Shown here: positions 28,004 to 37,758 of the stretch, one piece after another
Layout: each line of letters opens with the position of its first letter
Numbering within the stretch: position 1 is the first letter of the stretch
Assembly (NCBI GenBank): GCA_965223865.1
Contig: OZ245020.1
Span: 1,248,001-1,312,000 of the forward strand
Direction of reading: 5' to 3'
Origin: Nitrosarchaeum sp.
Lineage (GTDB): Archaea > Thermoproteota > Nitrososphaeria > Nitrososphaerales > Nitrosopumilaceae
DNA: 64,000 nt
Notes under the pieces: generated by a model
The model's input: only the letters and a program-made list of their open reading frames with translations
Told to the model about the DNA's origin: nothing
Databases searched by the model: none
Made by a program: the position numbers and the translations under genes

Positions 28004-30430
28004 TTAATTTTCTTTAATTTTACTTGGAGGAGTCCATCTTTTTAGGAGAAGGGAGCTAGAGACTACCGAAACTGAGCTTGCAGCCATGGCCAAGCCAGCT
28101 AGGACAGGATAAAGTAAACCCACTCCTGCTACCGGAATTAAAACTGCATTGTAAATAAATGAATAAAAGAGATTTTGCTTTATTTTGCTGATGGTTTTTT
28201 TACTAATTTCTATTGCAGATACAACATCCTTTAGAGCGTCTCTTACCAAAATTACCATACCTGATTCTAAAGCAATATCTGTCCCTCTTCCTATTGCAAT
28301 TCCAACATCTGACTGAGTTATTGCAGGTGCATCATTTATGCCATCTCCTACCATTGCAACTTTTTTTCCTTGACTTTGAATTTTTTTAATTTCCTCAACT
28401 TTTTGTGAAGGTATAACATTTGAAATAATTTTTTCAATACCTAAATTCTGGCCTATCTCTTTTGCTGTTTTTTCATTATCTCCTGTTAACATTATTACCT
28501 CTATTCCCATTTTTTTTAGTAAAGATATTGTCTCTTTGGAATCATGTTTTGGCATATCTAAAAATGCGATTATACCTTTCACTTTGTTGTTTACTGTAAT
28601 GATTGAAACTGTTTTTCCTTGCTCTTGTAATTTTATAATTTCTTGGCTGGCTTCATCAAAATTAATTTGTTCTTTTTCAAATAAAGAAGGATTTCCAATC
28701 ACTATTGAATTATTTTCAAAAGTAATCCTTACTCCTCCACCAGGTATGGCTCTAAATTTGTCCGGATCTGATATTTTGATTCCCTCTTCTGTAGCTTTTT
28801 TGATGACTGCTTTTGATAGAGGGTGTTCTGAATTTTTTTCTGCAATTGCTGCCAGTCTTAGTATCTCAGATCGTCCAATTTCTTTATCAACTGGAATGAC
28901 ATCTGAGATTTCTGGTTTTCCTTCTGTTAGAGTTCCTGTTTTGTCAAAAACAATAGTTTGAATTTTTCCTAGCATTTCTAATCCTTGCCCTCCTTTGAAT
29001 ATGACTCCATTTTGAGTAGCCTTTCCCATTCCTACCATCACTGCAGTAGGTGTTGCAAGACCTAAAGCACATGGACAAGCTACTACAAGAATTGACACAG
29101 TGGGGATGATGGCAGATAGAATTAATCCTGGAGCGCCAAAGAAATACCAGGCCAAAAAAGTTGTTACTGCTATTCCCATAACAATAAATGAAAAATAACC
29201 CGCAATTTTATCCACTAATTTCTGCATAGGTGGTTTTTGACCCATTGCCTCTTCTACTAAACTGACAACTTGAGAGAGAAACGTATCTCTACTAACCTTG
29301 AGTGTTTTTAGGACTAAAGCACCTTCTCTGTTAATTGTTCCTCCTATCACTTTATCTCCCTTTTTTTTGGTTATGGGAAGCGATTCTCCTGTGATTATGG
29401 ACTCATCAACTGCTGAAGATCCCTCTACCACAATTGAATCAACAGGGATTTTTTCTCCAGGTTTAACAATTACCATGTCTCCTTCCTGTAAGATCTCTAT
29501 GGGGATTTCTTCTTGATTTTCCCCTCTTTTGAGAATAGCTGTTTTAGGTTGAAGCTCTAGCATTTTTCTTATTACAGATGATGCTTTTCCCTTGGTTTTG
29601 TTTTCAAGATACTTTCCCATTAAGATAAAAGTAATCACCATAACTGATGCCATATAGTGAATGTTCTCCCAAATGGGAATTGGAAATGTGTTAACTGCAC
29701 TAAAAATGTAAGCAGTTGTTGTACCTAATGCTATTAAAGTGTCCATGTTTGCTGATTTCATTTTGGCCATTTTGAAGGCACCAACATAAAATCGCCATCC
29801 TATTCCAAACTGAATTATACTTGCACATGCAAATGAAATGTGAGCTCCCTCACTAGTTCCTGCAAAAGGAAATGAAAGAAAAGTTCTAGAAAGTTCCCCT
29901 AAAAAAATTACAGGTATTGAAAGAATTACTCCCAACAAAAATAATCGCTTTGTCTTTTTTGCCTCTATTTCTTCAGCAGAATCTGCCAAGTCTTCACTTA
30001 GAATTTGAAAACCATAGTAGGTGACATATTTTCGTATATCTGATAATGAAAGAAGGGCAGGGCTATATTCTATGAAAATTTGCCCAGTACCAAAATTTAC
30101 AGAAGAAAATCGAATCCCTTCTTTTTTTGCCAGAATACTCTCTAATCTTTGAGCATCACTTGCATCTGAAATGTCTGACACTGTTAGTTTCAACTTTTCA
30201 TAGACAACAGTGTATCCTGCATCTTTGACTGCTTTTTCAAGTATGTTTAGATTTACTTTGGAGGGATCATACTCCAAAACTGCTTTTTCAGAACCCAAAT
30301 TTACGTCGCATTTTTGTACTCCTGGAACACTTGAGACCTTCTGTTGTATTGCTGTGACACATCCCGCACAATTCATACCTCCTATTTTGAAAACTGTGCG
30401 TTTTTGGGATACTGACTTTGCCTTGCTCAT
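28004..30430 (-). CDS. copA: P1B-1 Cu(I)-exporting ATPase
   Basis: HMA GMNCAGC, TGES, CPC, DKTGT, GDGIND, YN and MAASS ligands. Confidence 0.95.
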   Translation of the reverse strand: MSKAKSVSQKRTVFKIGGMNCAGCVTAIQQKVSSVPGVQKCDVNLGSEKAVLEYDPSKVNLNILEKAVKDAGYTVVYEKLKLTVSDISDASDAQRLESILAKKEGIRFSSVNFGTGQIFIEYSPALLSLSDIRKYVTYYGFQILSEDLADSAEEIEAKKTKRLFLLGVILSIPVIFLGELSRTFLSFPFAGTSEGAHISFACASIIQFGIGWRFYVGAFKMAKMKSANMDTLIALGTTTAYIFSAVNTFPIPIWENIHYMASVMVITFILMGKYLENKTKGKASSVIRKMLELQPKTAILKRGENQEEIPIEILQEGDMVIVKPGEKIPVDSIVVEGSSAVDESIITGESLPITKKKGDKVIGGTINREGALVLKTLKVSRDTFLSQVVSLVEEAMGQKPPMQKLVDKIAGYFSFIVMGIAVTTFLAWYFFGAPGLILSAIIPTVSILVVACPCALGLATPTAVMVGMGKATQNGVIFKGGQGLEMLGKIQTIVFDKTGTLTEGKPEISDVIPVDKEIGRSEILRLAAIAEKNSEHPLSKAVIKKATEEGIKISDPDKFRAIPGGGVRITFENNSIVIGNPSLFEKEQINFDEASQEIIKLQEQGKTVSIITVNNKVKGIIAFLDMPKHDSKETISLLKKMGIEVIMLTGDNEKTAKEIGQNLGIEKIISNVIPSQKVEEIKKIQSQGKKVAMVGDGINDAPAITQSDVGIAIGRGTDIALESGMVILVRDALKDVVSAIEISKKTISKIKQNLFYSFIYNAVLIPVAGVGLLYPVLAGLAMAASSVSVVSSSLLLKRWTPPSKIKEN

Positions 30431-30456
30431 GTTACCATTTATTCTTGTTCATTCCT

Positions 30457-30538
30457 AAAATTGTGTTGTTATGTGTAGTCAATTAATAATCACAAATTGA
30501 GGCTGATAAGTTAAGAATAGAAACTACGACACAATTTT
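30457..30538. promoter_or_regulatory. Inverted repeat bracketing the divergent promoter between copA and the membrane protein gene
   Basis: aaaattgtgttgt (30457-69) and acgacacaatttt (30526-38), 12 of 13 complementary. Confidence 0.45.
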
Positions 30539-30563
30539 ATCTTCAAAAAATTCAATTAAAGAA

Positions 30564-31667
30564 TTGAAATCATCACAAGAAGAGATAGGGATTTCAGATG
30601 CAAAACTCCCGTTGCTCTCATTTTTGATAGCACTATTTGGTGTTTCTTTGTCGATGTGGGGTGCAAGTTGGGATATTACCTCTCATTTACTTCGAACTCC
30701 TGAAACTTTCTTTACTCCCTCTCATGGAGTTTTATATTCGGGAGTTGGAATCAGTCTAGTTAGTGCAATATTTAGTGTAGTCTTGCTTATTGCAAAAAAA
30801 GAACTAAGAAAAAAATCCTTTGTATTTGGTTCAAAGCTCATTATTGTAGGTGCAATATTGCAAGTCATTGCAGGGCCTGGAGACTTTTATTGGCATGAAC
30901 TATTTGGAATAGACGGTTTATTTAGCCCTACACATCTAACACTTGCCTTGGGCATCTTGATTGTTTCAATTGGATCCATCATAGGTTTTGCAAGAATACA
31001 TTCTCATCTTGTTGAAAAAAATAATTTTACAAAATTTATTCTTCCAATATCTTTTGGAATTTTTTGGTTCAGTGTCATGTGGTTAATCTTTTTCTTTGTG
31101 TTACCCATCTCAGACGGAGATACTCACAATTTCAATCCTGACCCAAATGTTGCAATAGTACTAAGTTTTGTACTGCCATTTGCATTTTCCATGGTGTTTT
31201 GGTCAGTATCTAAAACGATCAATAGTTTTGGTGCATCTAGTGTATCTGCACTTGTGTTTCTTACGATGAATATCTCCTCTAATATATTCACATCAGAAAA
31301 ACTTTTGATTTACCTACCCTGGTTTGTAGCTCCTATGCTCAGCGCAGTGATTGCAGATTATATTCTAAGTAATAAAATAAAATCCAAAATTATTCAAAGG
31401 CACAATGCAAAAATTTCAGGGTTTATTCTAGGTTCTATGTTTTTCATGTTCTGCTTTCCAATGCTGGCAATGACATTTTTGGATCTTTATTTATTTAATG
31501 ATGTTTTTTCATATGATGTATTACCCACTGCACAAAACACGGTTTCTCAAATTTGGACACTTACTATAATCCCTGGAGCAATATCTGGGATGATTGGAAT
31601 GGTTTTTGCATCAAGAAAGTTAAAACAGATTTCTAATTATCCAGTAATTAAAAAGTCTGAAATTTAA
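30564..31667 (+). CDS. Polytopic membrane protein with two D-x3-H-x12-H motifs (AmoC/PmoC-like N-terminal domain)
   Basis: WDITSHLLRTPETFFTPSH and GDFYWHELFGIDGLFSPTH; roughly 9-10 TM helices. Confidence 0.75.
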   Translation: MKSSQEEIGISDAKLPLLSFLIALFGVSLSMWGASWDITSHLLRTPETFFTPSHGVLYSGVGISLVSAIFSVVLLIAKKELRKKSFVFGSKLIIVGAILQVIAGPGDFYWHELFGIDGLFSPTHLTLALGILIVSIGSIIGFARIHSHLVEKNNFTKFILPISFGIFWFSVMWLIFFFVLPISDGDTHNFNPDPNVAIVLSFVLPFAFSMVFWSVSKTINSFGASSVSALVFLTMNISSNIFTSEKLLIYLPWFVAPMLSAVIADYILSNKIKSKIIQRHNAKISGFILGSMFFMFCFPMLAMTFLDLYLFNDVFSYDVLPTAQNTVSQIWTLTIIPGAISGMIGMVFASRKLKQISNYPVIKKSEI

Positions 31668-31821
31668 TCCAAGGACCATAGATCACTAATTTCTTATTGT
31701 GATATATTGGTGTGGGATTTTGATTTCAATTTTTTTGCCAAAACTAATTGCTCTATTTTTTATCAGAAATTTGACAAATTATAAAATCCAAATCCAAAAA
31801 TACACTTACTAAGAGTCATTT

Positions 31822-33138
31822 ATGATGCTGGAAAAAGCAATAATTGTTGGAGGCGGTATTGCAGGGCTTTTAGCAGCACATGTTTTATCTGATTATTTCA
31901 AAGAAGTTGTCCTGATTGAAAAAGATGAGTACAAAGAAAATGGTAAAATTCGACAAGGAACTCCGCAAGCAAATCATGTTCATATTTTACTTGTCAAAGG
32001 AAAAGAGATACTTGAAGACTTTTTTCCAGAATTAGAAAAAGATCTTTTAAAAAAAGGTGCAAAAAAGATTGATTTTCTAAATGATAGTAGATATCGTCTT
32101 CCAAGTGGATGGGCTCCTAAATTCGATTCAGGCATTATCACATTTGCCTGTACAAGAACCCTCTTAGAGAATACAATAAGATATCAAATTCAAAAAAACC
32201 CAAGTATCAAAATAGTAGAAAACACCCACATTGATTCACTTAAGCTAGAAAAATCAAACAAGATAAGCCTAAAAACAAAAGAGGGTAAAGAAATTCACGG
32301 AAATCTAATAGTTGATTGTACTGGAAGAAACACAAAGACACCCTTATGGCTTGAAAATGTGGGATTCCCAAAACCCAAAGAAACCAAAATAGACTCTTTT
32401 GTAAGATATTCTACAAGAAGATATGTTCCTTCAAAGAAGGACAGACAATGGAAGATGTTAGTAATACTAAACAAACCCACTACCAATCCTAGAATAGGAG
32501 GAATTTATCCTATAGAAGATGGTAAATGGCTTGTTGGATTGTACGCAATTGGAAAGAATTATCCTCCAGTAGATGAGAAAGGGTTTTTGGAGTTTACAAA
32601 ACATCTTGAGAGCAGAGAACTTTATGATGCACTAAAAGATGCTATACCTGACTCTGAAATATATGGTTACAAAGTACAAGGTAGCAGAAAATATCATTAT
32701 GAAGAAATGACAGAATGGCCTGAAAATTTCATTGTATTAGGAGATGCTGTATCTGTTTTTAATCCATTTTATGGTCAAGGTATAACTTCAGCTGCACTTG
32801 GTGCAAAGACCCTTGATGACATGCTAAAAAATAACAAGATGGAAAAAGATTTTACAAGAAAATTTCAAAAACAACTTGCAAAGACGGTATCTTTGCCCTG
32901 GATTCTTGGAACAAGTGAGGATTTGCGTTGGCCGACAACTAAAGGCAAAAGACCTGATACAATTACAAGAATGGTTCAAAATCATGCTCAAAAAGTATTA
33001 TTGCTTGCACCTAAAAGCACACTGGCCACTAAGTACTTTCTGCAGATGATGCACATGATAAAATCACCTGCAATAATATTTCATCCTGTATTATTATTAC
33101 AATTAATTGCAAACTCTATTTGGAAAAAAAATGAGTAG
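31822..33138 (+). CDS. FAD-dependent monooxygenase/oxidoreductase (epoxidase/hydroxylase-like)
   Basis: GGGIAG, GTPQANHVHIL, LIVDCTGR, GDAVSVFNPFYGQG. Confidence 0.9.
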   Translation: MMLEKAIIVGGGIAGLLAAHVLSDYFKEVVLIEKDEYKENGKIRQGTPQANHVHILLVKGKEILEDFFPELEKDLLKKGAKKIDFLNDSRYRLPSGWAPKFDSGIITFACTRTLLENTIRYQIQKNPSIKIVENTHIDSLKLEKSNKISLKTKEGKEIHGNLIVDCTGRNTKTPLWLENVGFPKPKETKIDSFVRYSTRRYVPSKKDRQWKMLVILNKPTTNPRIGGIYPIEDGKWLVGLYAIGKNYPPVDEKGFLEFTKHLESRELYDALKDAIPDSEIYGYKVQGSRKYHYEEMTEWPENFIVLGDAVSVFNPFYGQGITSAALGAKTLDDMLKNNKMEKDFTRKFQKQLAKTVSLPWILGTSEDLRWPTTKGKRPDTITRMVQNHAQKVLLLAPKSTLATKYFLQMMHMIKSPAIIFHPVLLLQLIANSIWKKNE

Positions 33139-33760
33139 AACCATTATCTTTGATTTTGATGGAACTATTGCTGATACCTTGGATTCAGTTGTCAAAATAG
33201 TCAATAACCATGCAGAACATTTTGGTTACAAAAAAGTTACAAAAAATGATATTCCATATCTACAAGGAAAGAAACCAAAGGAGATTTTGTCATATCTTGG
33301 AATTTCTATATTCAAACTTCCCTTATGGATAACGAAGATACATTCAGAAATAAACAAGGAAATAACAAATATGAAACCAACAGTGAATATTTCTCCTCTA
33401 TTGTCTGAATTATCTGGTAATGAGCAAATTCACCTAGGAATTCTTACTTCAAATACTCAGGAAAATGTTAAACAATTTCTACACAAAAATGAATTGATTT
33501 TTTTTGATTTTATTCGTACTGGAAAAAGTGTTTTTGGCAAGAGTCATATGCTTAACAAGATCATAAAACAAAGAAAAGCAAACAAAGATGATGTTTTCTA
33601 TGTATGTGATGAGGTAAGAGATATCGAGGCTGCCAAAAAATCTGGCATAAAATCGATTGCAGTCACATGGGGTTATAACAACAAAGACGCGTTGATAAAA
33701 GAAAATGCTGATTTTTTAATAGATACGCCAGATGAATTAAGAAATATTTTCATTTCATAG
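33131..33760 (+). CDS. HAD-IA hydrolase (phosphoglycolate phosphatase-like)
   Basis: IIFDFDGTIADT, LTSN, YVCDEVRDI, VTWGY; start overlaps the upstream stop. Confidence 0.9.
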   Translation: MSRTIIFDFDGTIADTLDSVVKIVNNHAEHFGYKKVTKNDIPYLQGKKPKEILSYLGISIFKLPLWITKIHSEINKEITNMKPTVNISPLLSELSGNEQIHLGILTSNTQENVKQFLHKNELIFFDFIRTGKSVFGKSHMLNKIIKQRKANKDDVFYVCDEVRDIEAAKKSGIKSIAVTWGYNNKDALIKENADFLIDTPDELRNIFIS

Positions 33761-33864
33761 AATGTATTTTTTCAAATTCATTTTAGAATAAACAATTAGT
33801 TCTAACTAATTAACGCAACCTAATTTTCAAACACTTTAAATCAAATATTGTTTTAGATATTTTT

Positions 33865-34035
33865 ATGCCAAACCAATCATGTAGGAGATGCGGAAATAAT
33901 CTGGAGGTTAGTAAAAAATGTGATGTCTGTAATGAGCCAAATCAATTCCATTGTCATAGCTGCGGATATGAATCCGAAAAACAGATTCATAACGAATGCT
34001 TGGTAGTTGCTTTTAGCAATAGATTGCTAAATTAG
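33865..34035 (+). CDS. 56-aa multi-CxxC zinc-binding protein
   Basis: MPNQSCRRCG...CDVC...CHSCG...IHNEC; paralog at 57172. Confidence 0.75.
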   Translation: MPNQSCRRCGNNLEVSKKCDVCNEPNQFHCHSCGYESEKQIHNECLVVAFSNRLLN

Positions 34036-34081
34036 ACCTTTTTTCAAATTACTTAATAACATATTTTTTCATATCTAGATT

Positions 34082-34726
34082 ATGGATTCATCTGATAAAG
34101 CTGAGAAAATTTATCCTGTTGGATATGAACCAAAAGTAGAGATCAAAGAAGATCCTACCATTAGAAACCAATTATTAAATCAAATTCTAACCGTATCTCC
34201 TACAGAATTTGTAGATACTGACTTGTTTACAGTGATGTCAAAGCGTCGCTCTACAAGGAAATTCTCAGACAAAATTGTAGAGACTGAAAAGATTGACAAA
34301 ATTATTGCAGCAGCAGATACGGCACCAACTGCAGGAAACTTTCAGGGATTTGAAATATTTTATGTTAAAAGCCCTGAAAAAAAGAAAGAACTTGTAGATG
34401 CATGCAACAAACAACCATACGTAAATGCCCCAGTGGTATTGGTGTTTTGTAAGAATCCTTCTAGAGTAAAACTAGATTTTCCAGAATATATTCTCAAAAA
34501 ATTTGCAATTCAAGATGCAACTCTGGCAGCTGGGTATTCTCAACTTGCAGCTCAAGCCCTTGGATTAAGCTCAATTTGGATAGGAATGCTTGATGAAAAA
34601 AAAGTTATGAAAATTATTGACACTGATCTGGTTCCATCCTCTGTATTATGTATAGGATATCCTGAACAAAAGAAATTCCCAAAACCTAGAAGAAACCTTA
34701 AAGAATTGGTTCATGTGGTGTGGTGA
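34082..34726 (+). CDS. Nitroreductase family protein
   Basis: KRRSTRKF, APTAGNFQ, ALGLSSIWIG, CIGYP. Confidence 0.9.
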   Translation: MDSSDKAEKIYPVGYEPKVEIKEDPTIRNQLLNQILTVSPTEFVDTDLFTVMSKRRSTRKFSDKIVETEKIDKIIAAADTAPTAGNFQGFEIFYVKSPEKKKELVDACNKQPYVNAPVVLVFCKNPSRVKLDFPEYILKKFAIQDATLAAGYSQLAAQALGLSSIWIGMLDEKKVMKIIDTDLVPSSVLCIGYPEQKKFPKPRRNLKELVHVVW

Positions 34727-34850
34727 GTCTGTTATTCAGTCGTTCCCATCGATCCCACAGCTAAACAACCAAGATTCAATTCAAAACAATGAATTATCTT
34801 GATTGAAACAAAATGTTATTAAAATTTCTCAGATGTGATTCCATTTTGGT

Positions 34851-34934
34851 TTACTTGTCAGTATGCTCATTCGGATCAGGAGTGCCTAGAATCTTGTCAA
34901 TCCACTTAAAGAACGGACATTTTCCATCATACAT
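34851..34934 (-). CDS. 27-aa microprotein
   Basis: MYDGKCPFFKWIDKILGTPDPNEHTDK. Confidence 0.4.
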   Translation of the reverse strand: MYDGKCPFFKWIDKILGTPDPNEHTDK

Positions 34935-35019
34935 GTAACAATTATAGTCATTTCTGACTAAAAAGTAGTTCTGTTTAGAATCAGAGCAAGGATAAATCTA
35001 ATGTATTTGTATCAAAATC

Positions 35020-35184
35020 ATGCATTGTGATGATAAAAGAATGCTTTACGTATTGGAGCAAGAAATCGCATCATGCTGGGAAAAACTCGAAGAATCTGAC
35101 TTTCAAAACGAATCTTTACTTGAAGAACTCAATGATTCAATCATAGACTATAATGATTACAAAAAATCCCTAGCAGAGAATTAA
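35020..35184 (+). CDS. 54-aa helical hypothetical protein
   Basis: MHCDDKRMLYVLEQEIASCWEKLEESDF...; gataaat about 25 nt upstream. Confidence 0.65.
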   Translation: MHCDDKRMLYVLEQEIASCWEKLEESDFQNESLLEELNDSIIDYNDYKKSLAEN

Positions 35185-35220
35185 TTTAATCTTTTAATAA
35201 GTTTAGAACATAATAGAACT

Positions 35221-35619
35221 GTGGAAAAATATGAAAAGCTACTGAACATGTTAATGGATTTTAATTCGTCCATTAGGTTTGCAGCAGTATGTGACCCTCA
35301 AGGGGAGATATTGTGGCACAGTAAAAGGTCAGGAGTTAGAAACATGGTTCCAATTACAGATACAAAAAAAACTCTTCAGAGAGCAATCAATGCATGGCAA
35401 GAACGATCCAAGATCACTGACATTGTGGGCAGAGGTCTTTATGTAATCGCAGCTTATGAAAAAATCAAACGAATTACAATTCCATTAGATAGAGGAAATC
35501 TCCTCTTCATTAGTCTAGACAATGAACCCCTGAAACATACAAAAAACAAAAGCTATGGGCATCTAGCTGAAATGGGCATAATAATGTCCATTGTAGATTT
35601 TGTAAAATCTGTACGATGA
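35221..35619 (+). CDS. DUF6659/roadblock-like protein
   Basis: IRFAAVCD..G, G..LY....YEKIKRITIP pattern. Confidence 0.65.
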   Translation: MEKYEKLLNMLMDFNSSIRFAAVCDPQGEILWHSKRSGVRNMVPITDTKKTLQRAINAWQERSKITDIVGRGLYVIAAYEKIKRITIPLDRGNLLFISLDNEPLKHTKNKSYGHLAEMGIIMSIVDFVKSVR

Positions 35620-35685
35620 TTCCAAACCTTTTGTTTTTTCTTTATAGCCAATAACATACAAATCATATAGAATTATTGTAAAATT

Positions 35686-36366
35686 ATGGAGTTTTTACAA
35701 ACTGAAGAACCACAAATCCAAAAACCTATTGTTATTGCTGCAATGCAAGACATGGGAAATGTTGGAAGCATTGTGGTGAACTTTATCAATAAGGGTATAA
35801 ATACTAAAAAATTTCGAACTGCAAAAACTCCTTTTCCTACCTATGTTGTAGATAATGGTGGTTATATTGACCTTCCAAACGAAAGTTGGGAGTACAAATA
35901 CACCGATGATCTTATAGTGTTTGGTGGTGGAACAGGACAACCCCAGGAAAATCAGGAATTGAATTCTTTATGTCAAGACGTTATTGATATTTCAAAAAAA
36001 TATTCAGCCAAATTTATCTATACATTGGGAGGTTTTCATACTCACAGATCAATAGAAAAAAACCCAAAAACCTATGTAACTACAACTTCTAAAGAGTTGA
36101 CAAAACACATGCAAGGACTTGGAATTGATTTGACTCCACAAAGGTCCTTGATTACAGGATTTAATGGATTGATTCTAGGCTTTGCAAAACAAAATGGGAT
36201 TCAGGGAATTGGGCTGTATGGAGAATTGAATCATCCTGAAATTCCCCAATACCGAGCTGCAATCAGTATTATCAAAACATTAGAAAAACTCACATTTAGA
36301 AAGCTGGGCGATACTGACAGACTAGAAACAATGGCTCAAGAGATTGAAAGGGAATTTAAGAACTAA
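35686..36366 (+). CDS. PAC2-family proteasome assembly chaperone
   Basis: DMGNVGSI, QP, IYTLGGF, ITGFNGLILG. Confidence 0.85.
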   Translation: MEFLQTEEPQIQKPIVIAAMQDMGNVGSIVVNFINKGINTKKFRTAKTPFPTYVVDNGGYIDLPNESWEYKYTDDLIVFGGGTGQPQENQELNSLCQDVIDISKKYSAKFIYTLGGFHTHRSIEKNPKTYVTTTSKELTKHMQGLGIDLTPQRSLITGFNGLILGFAKQNGIQGIGLYGELNHPEIPQYRAAISIIKTLEKLTFRKLGDTDRLETMAQEIEREFKN

Positions 36367-36471
36367 TTGAGATTTGCAACAAAGGTAGGAATTACAGTTG
36401 CAGGAATTATTATTCTAGTGTTTGTAGTTTTTTTGGGTTTTGGAATGATTCAATTTTTAAAAACAACCTAA
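36367..36471 (+). CDS. 34-aa single-TM microprotein
   Basis: TTG directly after the PAC2 stop; MRFATKVGITVAGIIILVFVVFLGFGMIQFLKTT. Confidence 0.45.
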   Translation: MRFATKVGITVAGIIILVFVVFLGFGMIQFLKTT

Positions 36472-36592
36472 ATATCTACAAAACCCTTCATTCATAAATT
36501 ATTTCAAAAAAATTAGTGTGAGAACTGATCCAAAATAAATTAATGAAAAATCAGTTACTCTATAGTTTCCACTAGGGAAAAACTCGAGTAAT

Positions 36593-36874
36593 TCAGAGAA
36601 TTTGTTTTTGAATTACTTCATCAAAAGCATCTAGATATGCAATCTGTGATATAATAAATTCAGATTGCATTGTTTTTGCAGTATCAAACTCAGGTTCTGA
36701 CACATTTGGAACTTTGAGAATTTCTGCTTCAACGCCTTCTAGAAGTTCTCCGAACTCGAAAACTAGCCTGTCTGGTTCATGGTCGCCAAAAACTTCATTG
36801 GCACCCACAGCCATTATTACCAATAAGGCCATAATGGCTGTCAATCCGACAGTTTTCTTGTGATTTCTAGTCAC
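36593..36874 (-). CDS. Secreted hypothetical protein, possibly truncated
   Basis: Signal-peptide-like N-terminus. Confidence 0.55.
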   Translation of the reverse strand: MTRNHKKTVGLTAIMALLVIMAVGANEVFGDHEPDRLVFEFGELLEGVEAEILKVPNVSEPEFDTAKTMQSEFIISQIAYLDAFDEVIQKQIL

Positions 36875-37043
36875 AAATAAAATTTCAATATATCCTATTT
36901 AAGAGAAAAGTAGAAAATATACTTGAATTTTTAAACCAATTGTAACTTGATTCAAGAAAATTAGTATTGGAACGCTTGTATGTATAGACTGATGAAAAAT
37001 CCTGATATTGAGTAATCTCAATAATTTTTATTATTTTTTCAAG

Positions 37044-37619
37044 TCAATATGGAGTACCTTTCTGTCTTTGAGTTTTGAATGCTTCAAGATACCATTCAAA
37101 TTCATCTAAAAAACGTTCAGCTCGTTTTTCATATTCTAACGCTAACAAGTTTCCATTTTGATCAAATACGTCCTGAACTTTTGAGATTTGAAGTGAAGAT
37201 GGAATTGATGGAGAACCAAGTTCTGCAAAAATTTGACGTAGATGCTGAGCAGCATTAATCCCACCAAACGGGCCAACAGAATATGATACAATGGCAGAAG
37301 GCTTGAAGAAATACTCCTCTAGACAATAATCCAAGGTGTTTTTCAAGGCCCCTGAAACCGTATGATTGTATTCTGGCGTTATTGGTATGTACCCGTCAGC
37401 TGAGACTGTCATTTCTTGCAATTTCTGAAATTTTGGTTCAGGATTTTCCATTTCCTTGTACATTCTATCTAAAATCGGCAAATCCAAATCTACCGGATCA
37501 ATTAGCATGGTTTTATGGCCTCGATCCTCAATTTTTTTTGTAATCCATTGACCAACTTTACCTCCATTTCGATCTCGCCTGACAGATCCTAAAACAATTG
37601 CAATATTCAATGAAATCAA
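37044..37619 (-). CDS. NADPH-dependent FMN reductase
   Basis: LGSVR, TPEYNH...LKNTLD, GPFGG. Confidence 0.92.
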   Translation of the reverse strand: MISLNIAIVLGSVRRDRNGGKVGQWITKKIEDRGHKTMLIDPVDLDLPILDRMYKEMENPEPKFQKLQEMTVSADGYIPITPEYNHTVSGALKNTLDYCLEEYFFKPSAIVSYSVGPFGGINAAQHLRQIFAELGSPSIPSSLQISKVQDVFDQNGNLLALEYEKRAERFLDEFEWYLEAFKTQRQKGTPY

Positions 37620-37758
37620 ACTATCTTCAAAAATTCACATCATAAGCTTTTTCCCTAATTTAGATTAGAATTTTTTTTCTAGCTGTTTTCTGTTCTAAAA
37701 TGAGAGCAAAATTATGATGAATTTTGAAGTACTGTTTTGATTTTCTAATCTGATAAAA

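Noticed and set aside
30564-31667. Calling this gene amoC
   Set aside because: About twice the length of archaeal AmoC, only motif-level similarity, and no amoA/amoB/amoX context
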